This document shows, piece after piece, positions 28,053-40,301 of a stretch of DNA of 64,000 bases. The DNA lies in contig OZ252299.1 of assembly GCA_965250285.1 (NCBI GenBank), positions 4,992,001 through 5,056,000 of the forward strand, read 5' to 3'. The notes below the pieces were generated by a model. That model made no database searches. It was not told the origin of the DNA and worked only from the letters and a program-made list of their open reading frames with translations. Position numbers and translations under genes: made by a program. This stretch comes from Myxococcota bacterium. Lineage in GTDB: Bacteria > Myxococcota_A > UBA9160 > UBA4427. Position 1 is the first letter of the stretch. Each line of letters opens with the position of its first letter.

Positions 28053-29132
28053 ATGGCGAAGTACGAGAATCGGATTCGAGAGGCGACGGAGCGGGCGCGG
28101 GAGCTGGAGGGCCAGCTGTCGAATCCCGAGATCGCCAAGGACGCGGGGCAGTTCCAGAAGCTCGCGCGCGAGCTGGGCGATCTTCGGCCCATCGTCGAAG
28201 GCGGCGAGCGTTACATGGCCGTGGTTTCACAGCTGGCGGACGCTCGGGTGATGGCCGACGACGACGACGCCGACATGGCCGAGATGGCCCGCGCCGAAAT
28301 CGGCGAGCTCGAGAGTGAGCTCGAGGCGCTCGAGACCGAGCTGCACGATCTGATGGCGCCGAAGGATCCCAACGACAGCAAGAATGCGCTGCTCGAGATT
28401 CGCGCGGGGGCGGGGGGCGACGAGGCCGCGCTCTTCGCGGCCGACCTGTTTCGAATGTACACGCGCTATGCCGAGACGCTCGGTTGGAAGATCGAGATGC
28501 TCTCGTCGAGTGAGACGCCAGGAGGCGGCTTCAAGGAGGTCGTTGCCATGGTGAAGGGGCCCGACGTGTTCAGCCGCTTCAAGTACGAGCGCGGCGTGCA
28601 CCGGGTTCAGCGCGTGCCTGCGACCGAGAGCCAGGGGCGCATCCATACCTCGACCGTGACCGTGGCGGTGATGCCCGAAGCCGAAGAGGTCGATGTCGAC
28701 ATCGACCAGAACGATCTGCGAATCGACGTCATGCGGGCCGGTGGACCGGGCGGTCAGAGCGTCAACACGACCGACTCGGCGGTGCGCATCACGCACCTGC
28801 CCACGGGTCTCATCGTTCAGTGCCAGGACGAGAAGAGCCAGCACAAGAACAAGGCGAAGGCGATGACCGTGCTGCGCGCCCGACTCTACGCGCTCGAAGA
28901 GGAGCGGCTCGCGAGCGAGCGCGCCGAAGACCGGCGCAGCCAGGTCGGCACGGGTGAGCGCAGCGAGAAGATCCGCACCTACAACTTTCCGCAGAGCCGC
29001 GTGACCGATCACCGCGCCAACATCACGCTGCACAAGCTCGATCAGGTGATGGCGGGGGATCTCGGAGAGCTGCTCGACGGTGTGAAGAAGAAGATCCTGG
29101 CCGAGCAGGAACTCGAGCGGGCGCCCGGGTGA
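28053..29132 (+). CDS. prfA: Peptide chain release factor 1
   Basis: [18 protein letters not shown] (PxT), GGQ, and IRTYNFPQ. Confidence 0.98.
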   Translation: MAKYENRIREATERARELEGQLSNPEIAKDAGQFQKLARELGDLRPIVEGGERYMAVVSQLADARVMADDDDADMAEMARAEIGELESELEALETELHDLMAPKDPNDSKNALLEIRAGAGGDEAALFAADLFRMYTRYAETLGWKIEMLSSSETPGGGFKEVVAMVKGPDVFSRFKYERGVHRVQRVPATESQGRIHTSTVTVAVMPEAEEVDVDIDQNDLRIDVMRAGGPGGQSVNTTDSAVRITHLPTGLIVQCQDEKSQHKNKAKAMTVLRARLYALEEERLASERAEDRRSQVGTGERSEKIRTYNFPQSRVTDHRANITLHKLDQVMAGDLGELLDGVKKKILAEQELERAPG

Positions 29133-30007
29133 GTCAGGCCGACAGCGCGAAGACCAGCTGGACCGTCCTCGAGCTGCTGCGCTGGACGACCGACCACTTC
29201 ACGTCGAAGGGCATCGAGACGGCGCGCCTCGATGCCGAGCTGCTGCTCGCCCACGCCCTCGAGACCGAGCGGCTCCGGCTCTACGTCGACTTCGACAAGC
29301 CCGTGCTGCCCGACGAGCGCGCTCGCTTTCGCGATCTGGTGAAGCGCCGCGCGACCGACCGTGTGCCGGTGAGCCAGCTGCTGGGCGAGCGCGAGTTCTG
29401 GTCCCTGCCCTTTCGAGTGAGCGGCGACGTGCTCACCCCGCGCCCGGAAACCGAGACCCTGGTCGAGGCGGCGCTGGCCCGGCTGGGCGACGCCGAGGCC
29501 GCCTGGCGGGTCCTCGACATCGGCACCGGATCGGGGGCCATCGCCCTCAGTCTTGCGCGAGAACGGCCTCAAGCTGCCGTCACCGCTACGGATATTTCGT
29601 CCGCGGCCCTACAGATTGCACGCGCGAATGCCGATGAGTTGCAGGTTGGTGAACGACTGCGCTTCCTCGAGGGATCGATCTTCGAGCCCATCGAGGGGGA
29701 ACAGTTCGATCTGATCGTTTCGAACCCCCCGTATCTGGCCGGGTCGGCCCGCCAGTCGCTGCCGCCGGAGCTCGCACACGAGCCCGACGAAGCGCTCTTC
29801 GGGGGGCCCGACGGATACGAGGTGCTCCGGCCTCTGGCGGCCGGCGTGTTCGAGCACTTGGCGTCCGGTGGTCACGTTCTGGTCGAGATCGACCCCGGAC
29901 AGGCGCAGCAACTCGCGGAGTGGTTCGCGGAAGCGGGATTGGTCGAAGTTGAGACCCTGCGCGACCTGGCAGGGCGGCCGAGGGGGGTCGCTGCCAGGAG
30001 GTCGTAA
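29129..30007 (+). CDS. prmC: Release factor glutamine methyltransferase
   Basis: PRPETE, DIGTGSG, SNPPY. Overlaps the prfA stop. Confidence 0.96.
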   Translation: MSQADSAKTSWTVLELLRWTTDHFTSKGIETARLDAELLLAHALETERLRLYVDFDKPVLPDERARFRDLVKRRATDRVPVSQLLGEREFWSLPFRVSGDVLTPRPETETLVEAALARLGDAEAAWRVLDIGTGSGAIALSLARERPQAAVTATDISSAALQIARANADELQVGERLRFLEGSIFEPIEGEQFDLIVSNPPYLAGSARQSLPPELAHEPDEALFGGPDGYEVLRPLAAGVFEHLASGGHVLVEIDPGQAQQLAEWFAEAGLVEVETLRDLAGRPRGVAARRS

Positions 30008-30018
30008 GGAAGACGAGC

Positions 30019-31386
30019 ATGGCAGCATCCACGGCCGCGAAGGCCCTGAAGATCATCACGCAAGGCGACGCCGACTTCGAGTCGAGCTGGCGGAAGATCT
30101 GCGATCGACACGTCGACGCGCACACCGCCCTCTTCGATGAGGTCGCCGAGCGCATCGAGAAGGTGCGCACGGGCGGCGACCGGGCTCTGATCGGAGCAAT
30201 CGAAGAGCACGACGGCGTCGAACTCGACCGCGTCGAGGTCACGCCGGCCGAGTGGGATCTCGGCTGCGAGTCGGTCGCGAGCAGCGACCGCGCCGCGATC
30301 GGCAAGGCCGCCATGCGGATCCGCGAGTTTCATCGCAAGCGCATCCCGTCGAGCTGGGAGATGCGCGAAGAAGGCGGCGGCTACATGGGCCAGCGCGTGC
30401 GGCCCCTCGCCCGGGTCGGCGTCTACGTGAGCGGTGCCCAGGGCCAGAACCCGTCTTCGGTGATCATGAACGCCACACCGGCTTCGGTGGTCGAGGTGCC
30501 CGAGATCGTGCTCGCGACGCCGGCCGGACCGAATGGTGAAGTGCCGCCCGAGATTCTGATGGCGGCGCGGGTCACGGGCGTGCATCGCGTCTTCAAGATG
30601 GGCGGGGCGCACGCGCTCTCTGCCCTCGCCTACGGTACGGCCTCGGTCCCCCGCGTCGACAAGATCGTCGGCTCGGGCGGCGCCGACGTGGCCGCGGCCA
30701 AGCGCCAGCTCTTCGGTGTGATCTCGGTCGACGCCGAAGCCGGCGGCCCTCGCGAGCTCTGCATCGTCGCCGACAAGGGCGCGACACCTTCGTGGATCGC
30801 GGCCGACCTGATCAGTCAGGCCGAGCACGCCGATGACGGCCGCATCGTGTTCGTGACCCACGTGAAGGGTCTCGTCACGAAGGTGCAGGATCAGCTCACC
30901 CGACAGCTGAAGGCGCTCGGCACCGACGGCAAGGCCGCAAAGAAGGTGCTCGCCTCGGGCGGCATCGCCATCGTCACGAAGAAGCTGCAGGATTCGATCG
31001 ATCTCGCGAATCAGTACGCGCCCGAGCACCTCGTGCTCGCCGTCGATCAGCCCGAGGTCGTGAGCAAGCAGGTCGAGAACGCGGGCGCGATCTATCTGGG
31101 GCACTACACCCCGGTGGCCGTGGGCGAGTACCTCGCGGGCCCGAACCATGTGCTGCCTCGTGGCGGCACGGCGCGCTTCTTCTCTCCGCTGGGCGTGGAT
31201 GACTTTCTCAAGCGCACGAGCTTCGTGAAGTTCGAACCGCCGAAGCTGCGCGAGCTGGGCCTCGACGTGATCCGACTGGCCGAGGTCGAGGGCAACGCGG
31301 CGCACGGCAAGTCGATCGATCTGCGGCTCCAGCGGATCCGGCGTGCGCGCCGCGAGCGCGAGGCCGCCCGAGAAGCCGAGCTCTAG
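30019..31386 (+). CDS. hisD: Histidinol dehydrogenase-like protein (divergent active site)
   Basis: DLISQAEH, YAPEHL, AGPNHVLP...GTARF and position in the his cluster. Several cofactor motifs are altered (see findings). Confidence 0.85.
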   Translation: MAASTAAKALKIITQGDADFESSWRKICDRHVDAHTALFDEVAERIEKVRTGGDRALIGAIEEHDGVELDRVEVTPAEWDLGCESVASSDRAAIGKAAMRIREFHRKRIPSSWEMREEGGGYMGQRVRPLARVGVYVSGAQGQNPSSVIMNATPASVVEVPEIVLATPAGPNGEVPPEILMAARVTGVHRVFKMGGAHALSALAYGTASVPRVDKIVGSGGADVAAAKRQLFGVISVDAEAGGPRELCIVADKGATPSWIAADLISQAEHADDGRIVFVTHVKGLVTKVQDQLTRQLKALGTDGKAAKKVLASGGIAIVTKKLQDSIDLANQYAPEHLVLAVDQPEVVSKQVENAGAIYLGHYTPVAVGEYLAGPNHVLPRGGTARFFSPLGVDDFLKRTSFVKFEPPKLRELGLDVIRLAEVEGNAAHGKSIDLRLQRIRRARREREAAREAEL

Positions 31387-31445
31387 CAACGACGAGAGAC
31401 CGCTCCGCGGCGCCTGCCGGGCGCGGGGCATCGGAGTCGACGGGC

Positions 31446-32207
31446 GTGCAGTCGATCGCTGAAACGATGATGCTCGTGACCTGCGCGTTGGCGGTCTACG
31501 TCGGCCTGCGGGTGTTGTGGATCTTCACGCGCACCCACGGTCTGGCCGAGCTCTCGATCGGCATCAACGTGCTCGGCATCGCGGTGGGCGGGCTGGTGCT
31601 GACGGTCGTCGGCGTCATGGGCAAGACGGATGGCTCCGCCTACGGTACGCCGACGTACAAGGTCGGCATCGCCTTCCTGGCGCTGCATCTCGTCGCCATC
31701 TACTTCGGCACGTGGAAGATCTTCCGCCCCGCGTCGAAGACCGTCTTCTGGCTCTGCGTGGCGTCGCTCGTGCCGATCGTGTTCTGGTACGTCATGGCGA
31801 GCGAGCACCAGGGCACGGTCTGGGTGCGGCCGGTGCTCTTTCAGATGATCCGAGGCCTGGGCATGACGTGGGCGGCGTTCGAGTGCTTCCACCACGCCGA
31901 CAAGCTGCGTCGACAGGCGGCCCTCGGGCTCGCCGATCCGATGATGGCCCACCGGTTCTGGCTCTGGGCGATCGGCGCGACTTCGGCGCTCGTGGTCTGC
32001 ACCCTCGAGTTGATGGGCTGGGGGCTCAGCGAGGTGGCGTTCTCGGCGCCACCGGCCGGGCTCATGTTGACGGCGGCGCTCGGCCTCTTCGGGGCCGCGT
32101 GCGTTGCACTGGCCTTCTTCCCGCCCGGCTTCTACGTGCGCTTCCGGCTGCCGCGGTTCGAGGCGGCGACCGATGCTTCACGGGCAGCGGACGGCGAATC
32201 CAGCTAA
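31446..32207 (+). CDS. Hypothetical polytopic (about 7 TM) membrane protein
   Basis: About seven hydrophobic segments in 253 aa with host-like codon usage. Lies between hisD and hisB. Confidence 0.75.
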   Translation: MQSIAETMMLVTCALAVYVGLRVLWIFTRTHGLAELSIGINVLGIAVGGLVLTVVGVMGKTDGSAYGTPTYKVGIAFLALHLVAIYFGTWKIFRPASKTVFWLCVASLVPIVFWYVMASEHQGTVWVRPVLFQMIRGLGMTWAAFECFHHADKLRRQAALGLADPMMAHRFWLWAIGATSALVVCTLELMGWGLSEVAFSAPPAGLMLTAALGLFGAACVALAFFPPGFYVRFRLPRFEAATDASRAADGESS

Positions 32208-32368
32208 TCTCTCCGGCGTCGCGCCCGGCCCGAGAGGCCCGGTCGCGCCTCCTGGAACCCCCCGAGACTTCGGCCCGACCGGATGCCCCGAGCGCGAGTC
32301 GCGCTTCAGGCGGGCACCGATTCTCCCCGCTTCGCGGGCAGACACCACGAGCCGACGAGGATCAGGTC

Positions 32369-32983
32369 ATGGCGAATGAGAGCCCCGGCGATCGCCGCGA
32401 ACGCGTCGCCACCCTCGCTCGCAAGACGAAGGAGACCGACATCCAGCTGAACCTTCGGCTGGACGGCAGCGGTCAGTACTCCGTTTCGACGGGCGTGCCC
32501 TTCTTCGATCACATGCTCGAATCGTTCACGAAGCACGGTCTGTTCGACCTCGAGCTGACGGCGAAGGGCGATCTCGAGGTCGACCTGCACCACACCGTCG
32601 AAGACGTCGGCATCGCGCTCGGCCAGGCCTTCCGCGAGGCGCTCGGCTCGGCCGCGGGCATTCGCCGCTACGGCTTCTTCGTGTTGCCGATGGCCGAGGC
32701 GAAGGTCGAGGTCGCGCTCGACGTCTCGAACCGCCCCTATCTCGTGTACGACGTCGAGCTCACGAACGACCGCGTGGGCGATTTCGACGCGACGCTCACC
32801 GAAGACTTCGCGTACGCGTTCGCGCACAACGCCGGGCTCGACCTGCATATCGTGAAGCAGTACGGGCGCAGTCCGCATCACGTCGTCGAGGCCGTGTTCA
32901 AGGGCCTGGCCCGCGCCCTGCGCGAGGCCGTCGCGATCGACCCGCGCGAAACGGGTCTGCCGACCGTAAAGGGTGCGCTCTGA
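32369..32983 (+). CDS. hisB: Imidazoleglycerol-phosphate dehydratase
   Basis: RKTKETDI, FFDHML, DLHHTVEDVG, HHVVEAVFKG, TVKGAL. Confidence 0.96.
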   Translation: MANESPGDRRERVATLARKTKETDIQLNLRLDGSGQYSVSTGVPFFDHMLESFTKHGLFDLELTAKGDLEVDLHHTVEDVGIALGQAFREALGSAAGIRRYGFFVLPMAEAKVEVALDVSNRPYLVYDVELTNDRVGDFDATLTEDFAYAFAHNAGLDLHIVKQYGRSPHHVVEAVFKGLARALREAVAIDPRETGLPTVKGAL

Positions 32984-33023
32984 GCCGTCGCACCGATCTA
33001 CTCTGAGAGAACGGAACCCCCCC

Positions 33024-33692
33024 ATGAGCAACTCGAGTCCGTCGGGCGGCCCGCCCGCCCAGGTCGCCGTCGTCGACTATGGCGCCGGCAATCTGCGCAG
33101 CGTCGCGAAGGCGATCGAACGCAGTGGGCTCGACGTAGTCGTCACGAGCGACCCGGCCGTCGTTCGCGGCGCCGATGGCGTCGTGCTGCCGGGGGTCGGC
33201 GCGTTTCGCGACGCCGTGCTCGAGCTGCGTGAGAGCGGGCTCGAAGACGCGGTGAAGGAAGCCGTCGAGAACGAGAAGCCCTACCTCGGCATGTGCTTCG
33301 GCCTGCAGCTTCTCTTCGAAGAAGGCGACGAGCACGGCAAGACCGCGGGCTTCGGTCTGCTCGGGGGGCGGGTCGAGCGATTCCCCGACAAGGACGAGCG
33401 CGGCGAGCCGCTGCGGGTGCCGCAAATCGGTTGGAACGAAGTCGAGTGGCAGGGCGATCACCCGATGGTCGAGCACCTGCCGCCGCGCGACTTCTACTAC
33501 TTCGTGCACTCGTACCGCCCGGTGCCGACCGACGATTCGATCGTGGTCGGCCGCACCGACTATGGCGGGCGATTCGCGGCGGCCGTGGCGACGTCGACGC
33601 TCTTCGCCGTGCAGTTCCATCCCGAGAAGAGCCAGGCTTCGGGCAAGCGCCTGCTCGATGCGTACAAGGCCTGGGTGGAGCAGAGCCGATGA
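33024..33692 (+). CDS. hisH: Imidazole glycerol phosphate synthase, glutaminase subunit
   Basis: DYGAGNL, LPGVGAF, GMCFGLQ, YFVHSY, QFHPEKS. Confidence 0.97.
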   Translation: MSNSSPSGGPPAQVAVVDYGAGNLRSVAKAIERSGLDVVVTSDPAVVRGADGVVLPGVGAFRDAVLELRESGLEDAVKEAVENEKPYLGMCFGLQLLFEEGDEHGKTAGFGLLGGRVERFPDKDERGEPLRVPQIGWNEVEWQGDHPMVEHLPPRDFYYFVHSYRPVPTDDSIVVGRTDYGGRFAAAVATSTLFAVQFHPEKSQASGKRLLDAYKAWVEQSR

Positions 33693-33723
33693 GCGGTGCG
33701 AGCCTGCAATGGGAAACGAGCCG

Positions 33724-34500
33724 ATGAGCACGTTCGAGTTGATTCCGGCCATCGACCTGCTCGGCGGTCAGTGCGTGCGTCTCACGCAGGGGCGCTACGA
33801 AGACGCGACGGTGTACGACGGCGACCCGGGCAAGGTGGCGGGTGGTTTTCGTGCGGTCGGTGTGACGCGCATCCACGTCGTCGATCTCGATGGCGCGAAG
33901 GCGGGTCGCCCGGTTAACCGCGAGGCGATTGCGCACGTGGTGGCGGCAGCGGGCGACGTTCCGGTGCAGCTCGGCGGGGGCCTGCGCGATCTCGCGGGCA
34001 TCGAGGCGGCCTTCGAAGACGGCGTACAGCGCGCGATCCTGGGGACGGTGGCCCTGCGCGATCCGGAGCTCGTGAAGAGCGCGGCGCGCGCCTGGCCGGA
34101 TCGCATCGTCGTCGGCATCGACGCCCGCGACGGGCGCGTGGCGGTCGAGGGCTGGATCGAGGCGAGCGAGACCACGGCGGTCGATCTGGGCAAGCGCTTC
34201 GAAGACGTCGGTGTCGCCGCGATCGTCTACACCGACATCGCGCGCGACGGCATGCTCTCGGGCCCGAACCTCGAACAAACGGCGTCGCTCGCCGACGCGC
34301 TCACGATCCCGGTGATCGTGTCGGGCGGTGTTGCGAGCGAGACCGACATCATCCGCAGCGCATCGCTCGCGCCTCGCGGCATCGCCGGGGTGATCGTCGG
34401 CCGTGCGATCTACACCGGCGACGTCTCGTTGCCGTCGGCGCTCGCGCGGCTCTCGGGTGACACGCCGGCTGCGCGCGAACCGGGAGGCGACGAAGGCTGA
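33724..34500 (+). CDS. hisA: ProFAR isomerase
   Basis: [33 protein letters not shown]. Confidence 0.96.
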   Translation: MSTFELIPAIDLLGGQCVRLTQGRYEDATVYDGDPGKVAGGFRAVGVTRIHVVDLDGAKAGRPVNREAIAHVVAAAGDVPVQLGGGLRDLAGIEAAFEDGVQRAILGTVALRDPELVKSAARAWPDRIVVGIDARDGRVAVEGWIEASETTAVDLGKRFEDVGVAAIVYTDIARDGMLSGPNLEQTASLADALTIPVIVSGGVASETDIIRSASLAPRGIAGVIVGRAIYTGDVSLPSALARLSGDTPAAREPGGDEG

Positions 34501-35306
34501 TGCTGACCAAGCGGATCATCCCGTGTCTCGACGTCGATCAGGGCCGCGTCGTGAAGGGCGTGAAATACGTCGATCACGTCGACTGTGGCGATCCCGTCGA
34601 GGTCGCGCAGCTCTACGATCGCCAGGAAGCCGACGAGATCACGTTCCTCGACATCACGGCCAGCCACGAAGAGCGGGGCATCCTGCTCGACGTGGTCTCG
34701 CGGACGGCCGAGACGGTCTTCATGCCGCTGACCGTCGGTGGCGGGGTGCGCTCGCTGCAGGACATCCGCGATCTCTTGAACGCGGGCGCGGACAAGGTCT
34801 CGATCATGACGGCGGCCGTGAAGAACCCCGAGCTCGTCGAAGAGGCGGCGTACAAGATCGGAAGCGCGAATCTCGTCGTCGCCATCGACGCGAAGGCGAC
34901 CGAGTTCGACGCCGACGGCACGCCCTGCCACTGGGAGGTGTGCACCCATGGTGGCCGCCGCCCGACGGGCATCGATGCGGTCGAGTGGGCCGGCCGGATG
35001 GCCGAGGCGGGCGCGGGTGAGATCCTGCTGACCAGCATGGATCGGGACGGCACCAAGAGCGGGTACGATCTCGACATGCTGCGTGCCGTGGCAGCCCGGG
35101 TGTCAGTGCCGATCGTCGCCTCGGGCGGTGGGGGCAACCCGGAAGATCTCGCGGCGGCCCTCGACGACGGGCCGAAGGGCGGTCACGCCCAGGCTGCGCT
35201 GGCGGCTTCGATCTTCCACTTCGGCGAGTACACGGTCGGCGAGGTCAAGCGGCACTTCATCGACTGGGGGATCCCGGTCCGGCCGCCCGGCCCCGAGGCG
35301 ATCTAG
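34500..35306 (+). CDS. hisF: Imidazole glycerol phosphate synthase, cyclase subunit
   Basis: [42 protein letters not shown]. Confidence 0.97.
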   Translation: MLTKRIIPCLDVDQGRVVKGVKYVDHVDCGDPVEVAQLYDRQEADEITFLDITASHEERGILLDVVSRTAETVFMPLTVGGGVRSLQDIRDLLNAGADKVSIMTAAVKNPELVEEAAYKIGSANLVVAIDAKATEFDADGTPCHWEVCTHGGRRPTGIDAVEWAGRMAEAGAGEILLTSMDRDGTKSGYDLDMLRAVAARVSVPIVASGGGGNPEDLAAALDDGPKGGHAQAALAASIFHFGEYTVGEVKRHFIDWGIPVRPPGPEAI

Positions 35307-35392
35307 GCGGAGCCGGGTCGATTGCCCCGCGGGCCGACCCGACGTTCCGAAGCCTCGTGTCGGGCGCTTCGCTGCGCAACGGGTGCGTTGTC

Positions 35393-35421
35393 TTGAGGCC
35401 CCGTCAGCGCTGCGCTAGCTT
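35393..35421 (+). promoter_or_regulatory. Putative sigma70 promoter upstream of rpsU-dnaG-rpoD
   Basis: TTGAGG-N17-TAGCTT, about 580 nt before the rpsU ATG. Confidence 0.45.
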
Positions 35422-35999
35422 GCGCAGTCCGTCGTCGACAAGCGGCTAATCTGGCGTCGGATAAGGGTTTTCTGGGGACGGACCGGCTGACGAGTCGGTC
35501 GTGGAGAAAGCGGCCCTGAGCGCGTTTCGGCCTGCCGAGCGGGCCGGGTCCGAGCCAGGTCCAGAACAGGTCCAGATTCAGACAGCGACGCTTCGAATCG
35601 GGGTGCGGGACGACCGCAAGATCGTTCCCGCTCGAGCGCGTCGATCCAGGAGTCAGCACCGGGAACCGAAGCCGTCGATTCGGACGTGAACGACGGGTCG
35701 GCGATCGCCCCGGAGTGAAACGAAGCAGCCACAGCGGAAGCAGGCGAGGCACGAGCGCAACCGCAGCGGAAGTCAATCGCCGTCACTGGAAGATGGTCCG
35801 GGACACGGCGCAAACACGGGACGAACACAGGTCAATCGAAGCGCTCAGCGCCACAGGGGCCGTGTTCGAACCACTCATACTACGCCGCCGGTCGGTCGGA
35901 CCGGGTCGCATGACGCACGATGACGGATGACGAGAGTCGAACCGAGTCAAGTCGCGACGCGAACGACCCAGAGGCGGTGATCGGGAGCAAGAAGAAGCC

Positions 36000-36197
36000 A
36001 TGCCGGTCGTGAAGGTCAAGGACAACGAGTCGTTCGAGCAGGCGCTCAAGCGATTCAAGAAGACGGTTGAGAAGGCGGGCACTCTGACGGAGCTGCGGCG
36101 GCGCGAGTACTACGACAAGCCCAGCATCCGCAAGAAGAAGAAGGCCGCCGCGGCGCGCAAGCGCGCGCTCAAGAAGATGAGGCGCATGGCTCGCTGA
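36000..36197 (+). CDS. rpsU: 30S ribosomal protein S21
   Basis: [12 protein letters not shown]...REYYDKPS...KAAAARKR. Confidence 0.97.
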   Translation: MPVVKVKDNESFEQALKRFKKTVEKAGTLTELRRREYYDKPSIRKKKKAAAARKRALKKMRRMAR

Positions 36198-36222
36198 GCG
36201 AGATGCACCTGATCGCGCGAGG

Positions 36223-38043
36223 GTGGATTTGGGGCTGATCCCGGACGACACGCTCCGAGAGATCGAGAGCCGGGCCGACATCGTCGGCTTGATCGGCCGG
36301 TATGTCGAGCTGAAGCCGGCGGGCCGCAACCACAAGGGCCTTTGCCCGTTCCACGACGAAAAGACTCCGAGCTTCAACGTCAATCCCGATCGGGGCATCT
36401 TCCACTGCTTCGGTTGCCAGGCGGGCGGCGGCGTCTTCAAGTTCCTCATGCTCCATGAGAACCTGACGTTCCCCGAAGCGGTGCGTCAGCTGGCCGACGA
36501 GGTCGGGGTCGAGATCCCCGAGACCCGTGGCAACCGCGAGACTGCATCGAAGAGCGAGAAGATCTTCGCCGCGCTGAAGCTCGCTCAGGACTCCTACCGG
36601 CGCGAGCTCGCTGGCAGCAAGGGCGCCCCCGGGCGCGACTATCTCGAGCGCCGGGGTCTCGACGCCGAGACCATCGAAGCGTTCGGTCTCGGCTACGTCC
36701 CCGAAGCCTGGGACACGGTCGAGTCGGCGCTGCGCCGCGCGGATATCCCTGCGCAGATTGGCGTCGAGGCCGGGCTGCTGCTCGAGCGCAAGGGCGGCGG
36801 CGGTCACTACGACCGGCTGCGCCACCGCGTGATCTTCCCGATCCAGGACGTGCGCGGTCGCTTCATCGCTTTCGGCGGTCGCGCGCTGTCGAAGGACGAC
36901 CCCGCCAAGTACATGAACACGGCCGAGAGCCCCGTCTTCCACAAGCGGCGCTCGTTCTACGGGCTGCCGGTGGCGCTCGAACACATCCGACGTGCGAAGC
37001 GGGCGATCGTCTGCGAGGGCTACTTCGACGCGATCGCGCTCAGTCGCGCCGGGCTCGGCGAGGCGCTTGCGACGTGCGGCACCGCGCTCACCGAAGATCA
37101 TGCGCGCGAGGTGATGCGCCGAACGCAGAACGTGAGCCTGCTCTTCGACGGCGACGAGGCCGGCCAGAACGCGATGGAGAAGGCGCTCACCGTTCTGCTG
37201 CCTCAGGGCCTGCGCGCGAAGGCGGTGCTGCTGCCCGAGGGTCAGGACCCCGACGACTATCTGAACGCGCACGGGGCCGAGGCGCTGCGCGACGTGGTCG
37301 ACGCGGCGCCGGCGGCCCTCGACGTCGTGATTCGCCGTGCGATGCAGGCCGGTTGCTCCACACCCGATGAGAAAGCCGACGTCGTCCGTCACGTCGGCGC
37401 GCTGGTGGCCCTGATCCCGAACACCGTCGAGCGGGGTGAGTGGGCGCGGCGCCTGGCGGTGTCGACGGGAGCCGACACGCGCGCCGTCGAAGCGACGGTG
37501 CGCGATCTGCGCGGTGGCCGTTCGCGCGAGACGCGCGAGGTGCTGCGCGATACGCCGGTGCGCCCCCGACGCAGCGGCCCCGAGGAGCGTCAGCTTCGCC
37601 AGCTGGTCGGCATGGCCGCGCGGCACCCCGGCGAGTTCTCGACGAGCCTTCGCGAACGGTTGCCCGGCGTGCTGCCCGATTGTCTGCAGCGTGATGTGGT
37701 GCTCGAGCTGCTCGCCGCCGCCGACGAAGGGCTGACCGACGAGAGCGGGGGCGTCGACATCCGCGCGCTCGGCGAACACCTCGACGAGGCGAAGGATCTC
37801 GCGCTGCGCGAGGCCCTCGCCGACGACTCACTGGCCGACAACGATCAGGATCGGGCCGCGATCATCGGCGACCTGATCGGTCACTTCACGAAGAAGAAGG
37901 CGGCCGAAGAGCAGAGTGACATCCAGCGCCGGCTGCGGGAGCCCGGTGCAGACACGCTGGCCCTGCTGCGAGAGCGCGATGAAGTGCTGCGCAAGAAGCG
38001 AGAACAACTCCGGGCCAAGACCCCGGCTTCGAATTCGAACTGA
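36223..38043 (+). CDS. dnaG: DNA primase
   Basis: CPFH...CFGC zinc finger, FGGR, KYMNT, TOPRIM EGYFD, FDGD.AG, DPDD. Confidence 0.97.
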   Translation: MDLGLIPDDTLREIESRADIVGLIGRYVELKPAGRNHKGLCPFHDEKTPSFNVNPDRGIFHCFGCQAGGGVFKFLMLHENLTFPEAVRQLADEVGVEIPETRGNRETASKSEKIFAALKLAQDSYRRELAGSKGAPGRDYLERRGLDAETIEAFGLGYVPEAWDTVESALRRADIPAQIGVEAGLLLERKGGGGHYDRLRHRVIFPIQDVRGRFIAFGGRALSKDDPAKYMNTAESPVFHKRRSFYGLPVALEHIRRAKRAIVCEGYFDAIALSRAGLGEALATCGTALTEDHAREVMRRTQNVSLLFDGDEAGQNAMEKALTVLLPQGLRAKAVLLPEGQDPDDYLNAHGAEALRDVVDAAPAALDVVIRRAMQAGCSTPDEKADVVRHVGALVALIPNTVERGEWARRLAVSTGADTRAVEATVRDLRGGRSRETREVLRDTPVRPRRSGPEERQLRQLVGMAARHPGEFSTSLRERLPGVLPDCLQRDVVLELLAAADEGLTDESGGVDIRALGEHLDEAKDLALREALADDSLADNDQDRAAIIGDLIGHFTKKKAAEEQSDIQRRLREPGADTLALLRERDEVLRKKREQLRAKTPASNSN

Positions 38044-38423
38044 TCCGAACCCGAGCACCCGGACCGCATGGCCGGGATGCGAGAAGAGAGAGCGAGAGAC
38101 GACGAGAACGAACGACCGATCGAATGGTGGCAGAAGGATCGATGGCAAAGGGCCCGAAGGATGCCGGGACCCAGGCGCCGTCCCCGGAAGCGATCACGAG
38201 ATCTCCTGATCGACGGACAGACAGATCGACAGACTGATCGATAGACAGTCAGGTCGATCGAAGAAGCAGAAAACGAAGAAGAAGAAGTAGCCGAAGCAAC
38301 CGCTGAACCTGGATCTGCACCGGAAGCACCCCGCTCAAGCGCCCATCTCGTGGCTGGTCACCGCGAGTCTGGAGGGAGAGCCGAGCGGACGCTGCCGTCA
38401 GGACGAATCGAAGGAGACCCCCC

Positions 38424-40229
<1,806 letters not shown>

Positions 40230-40301
40230 CCGCCCCGCGGCCGCACCGAAGAAGCGAGTTCGAGGTGCGGTCGTCCGACCGACGTGCCGAGCCGGGGGGC
40301 G

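Noticed and set aside
35481..35510. CTGACGA...GAAA as a hammerhead ribozyme core
   Set aside because: No stem II closes before GAAA, and the CTGACGA lies inside a simple hairpin.
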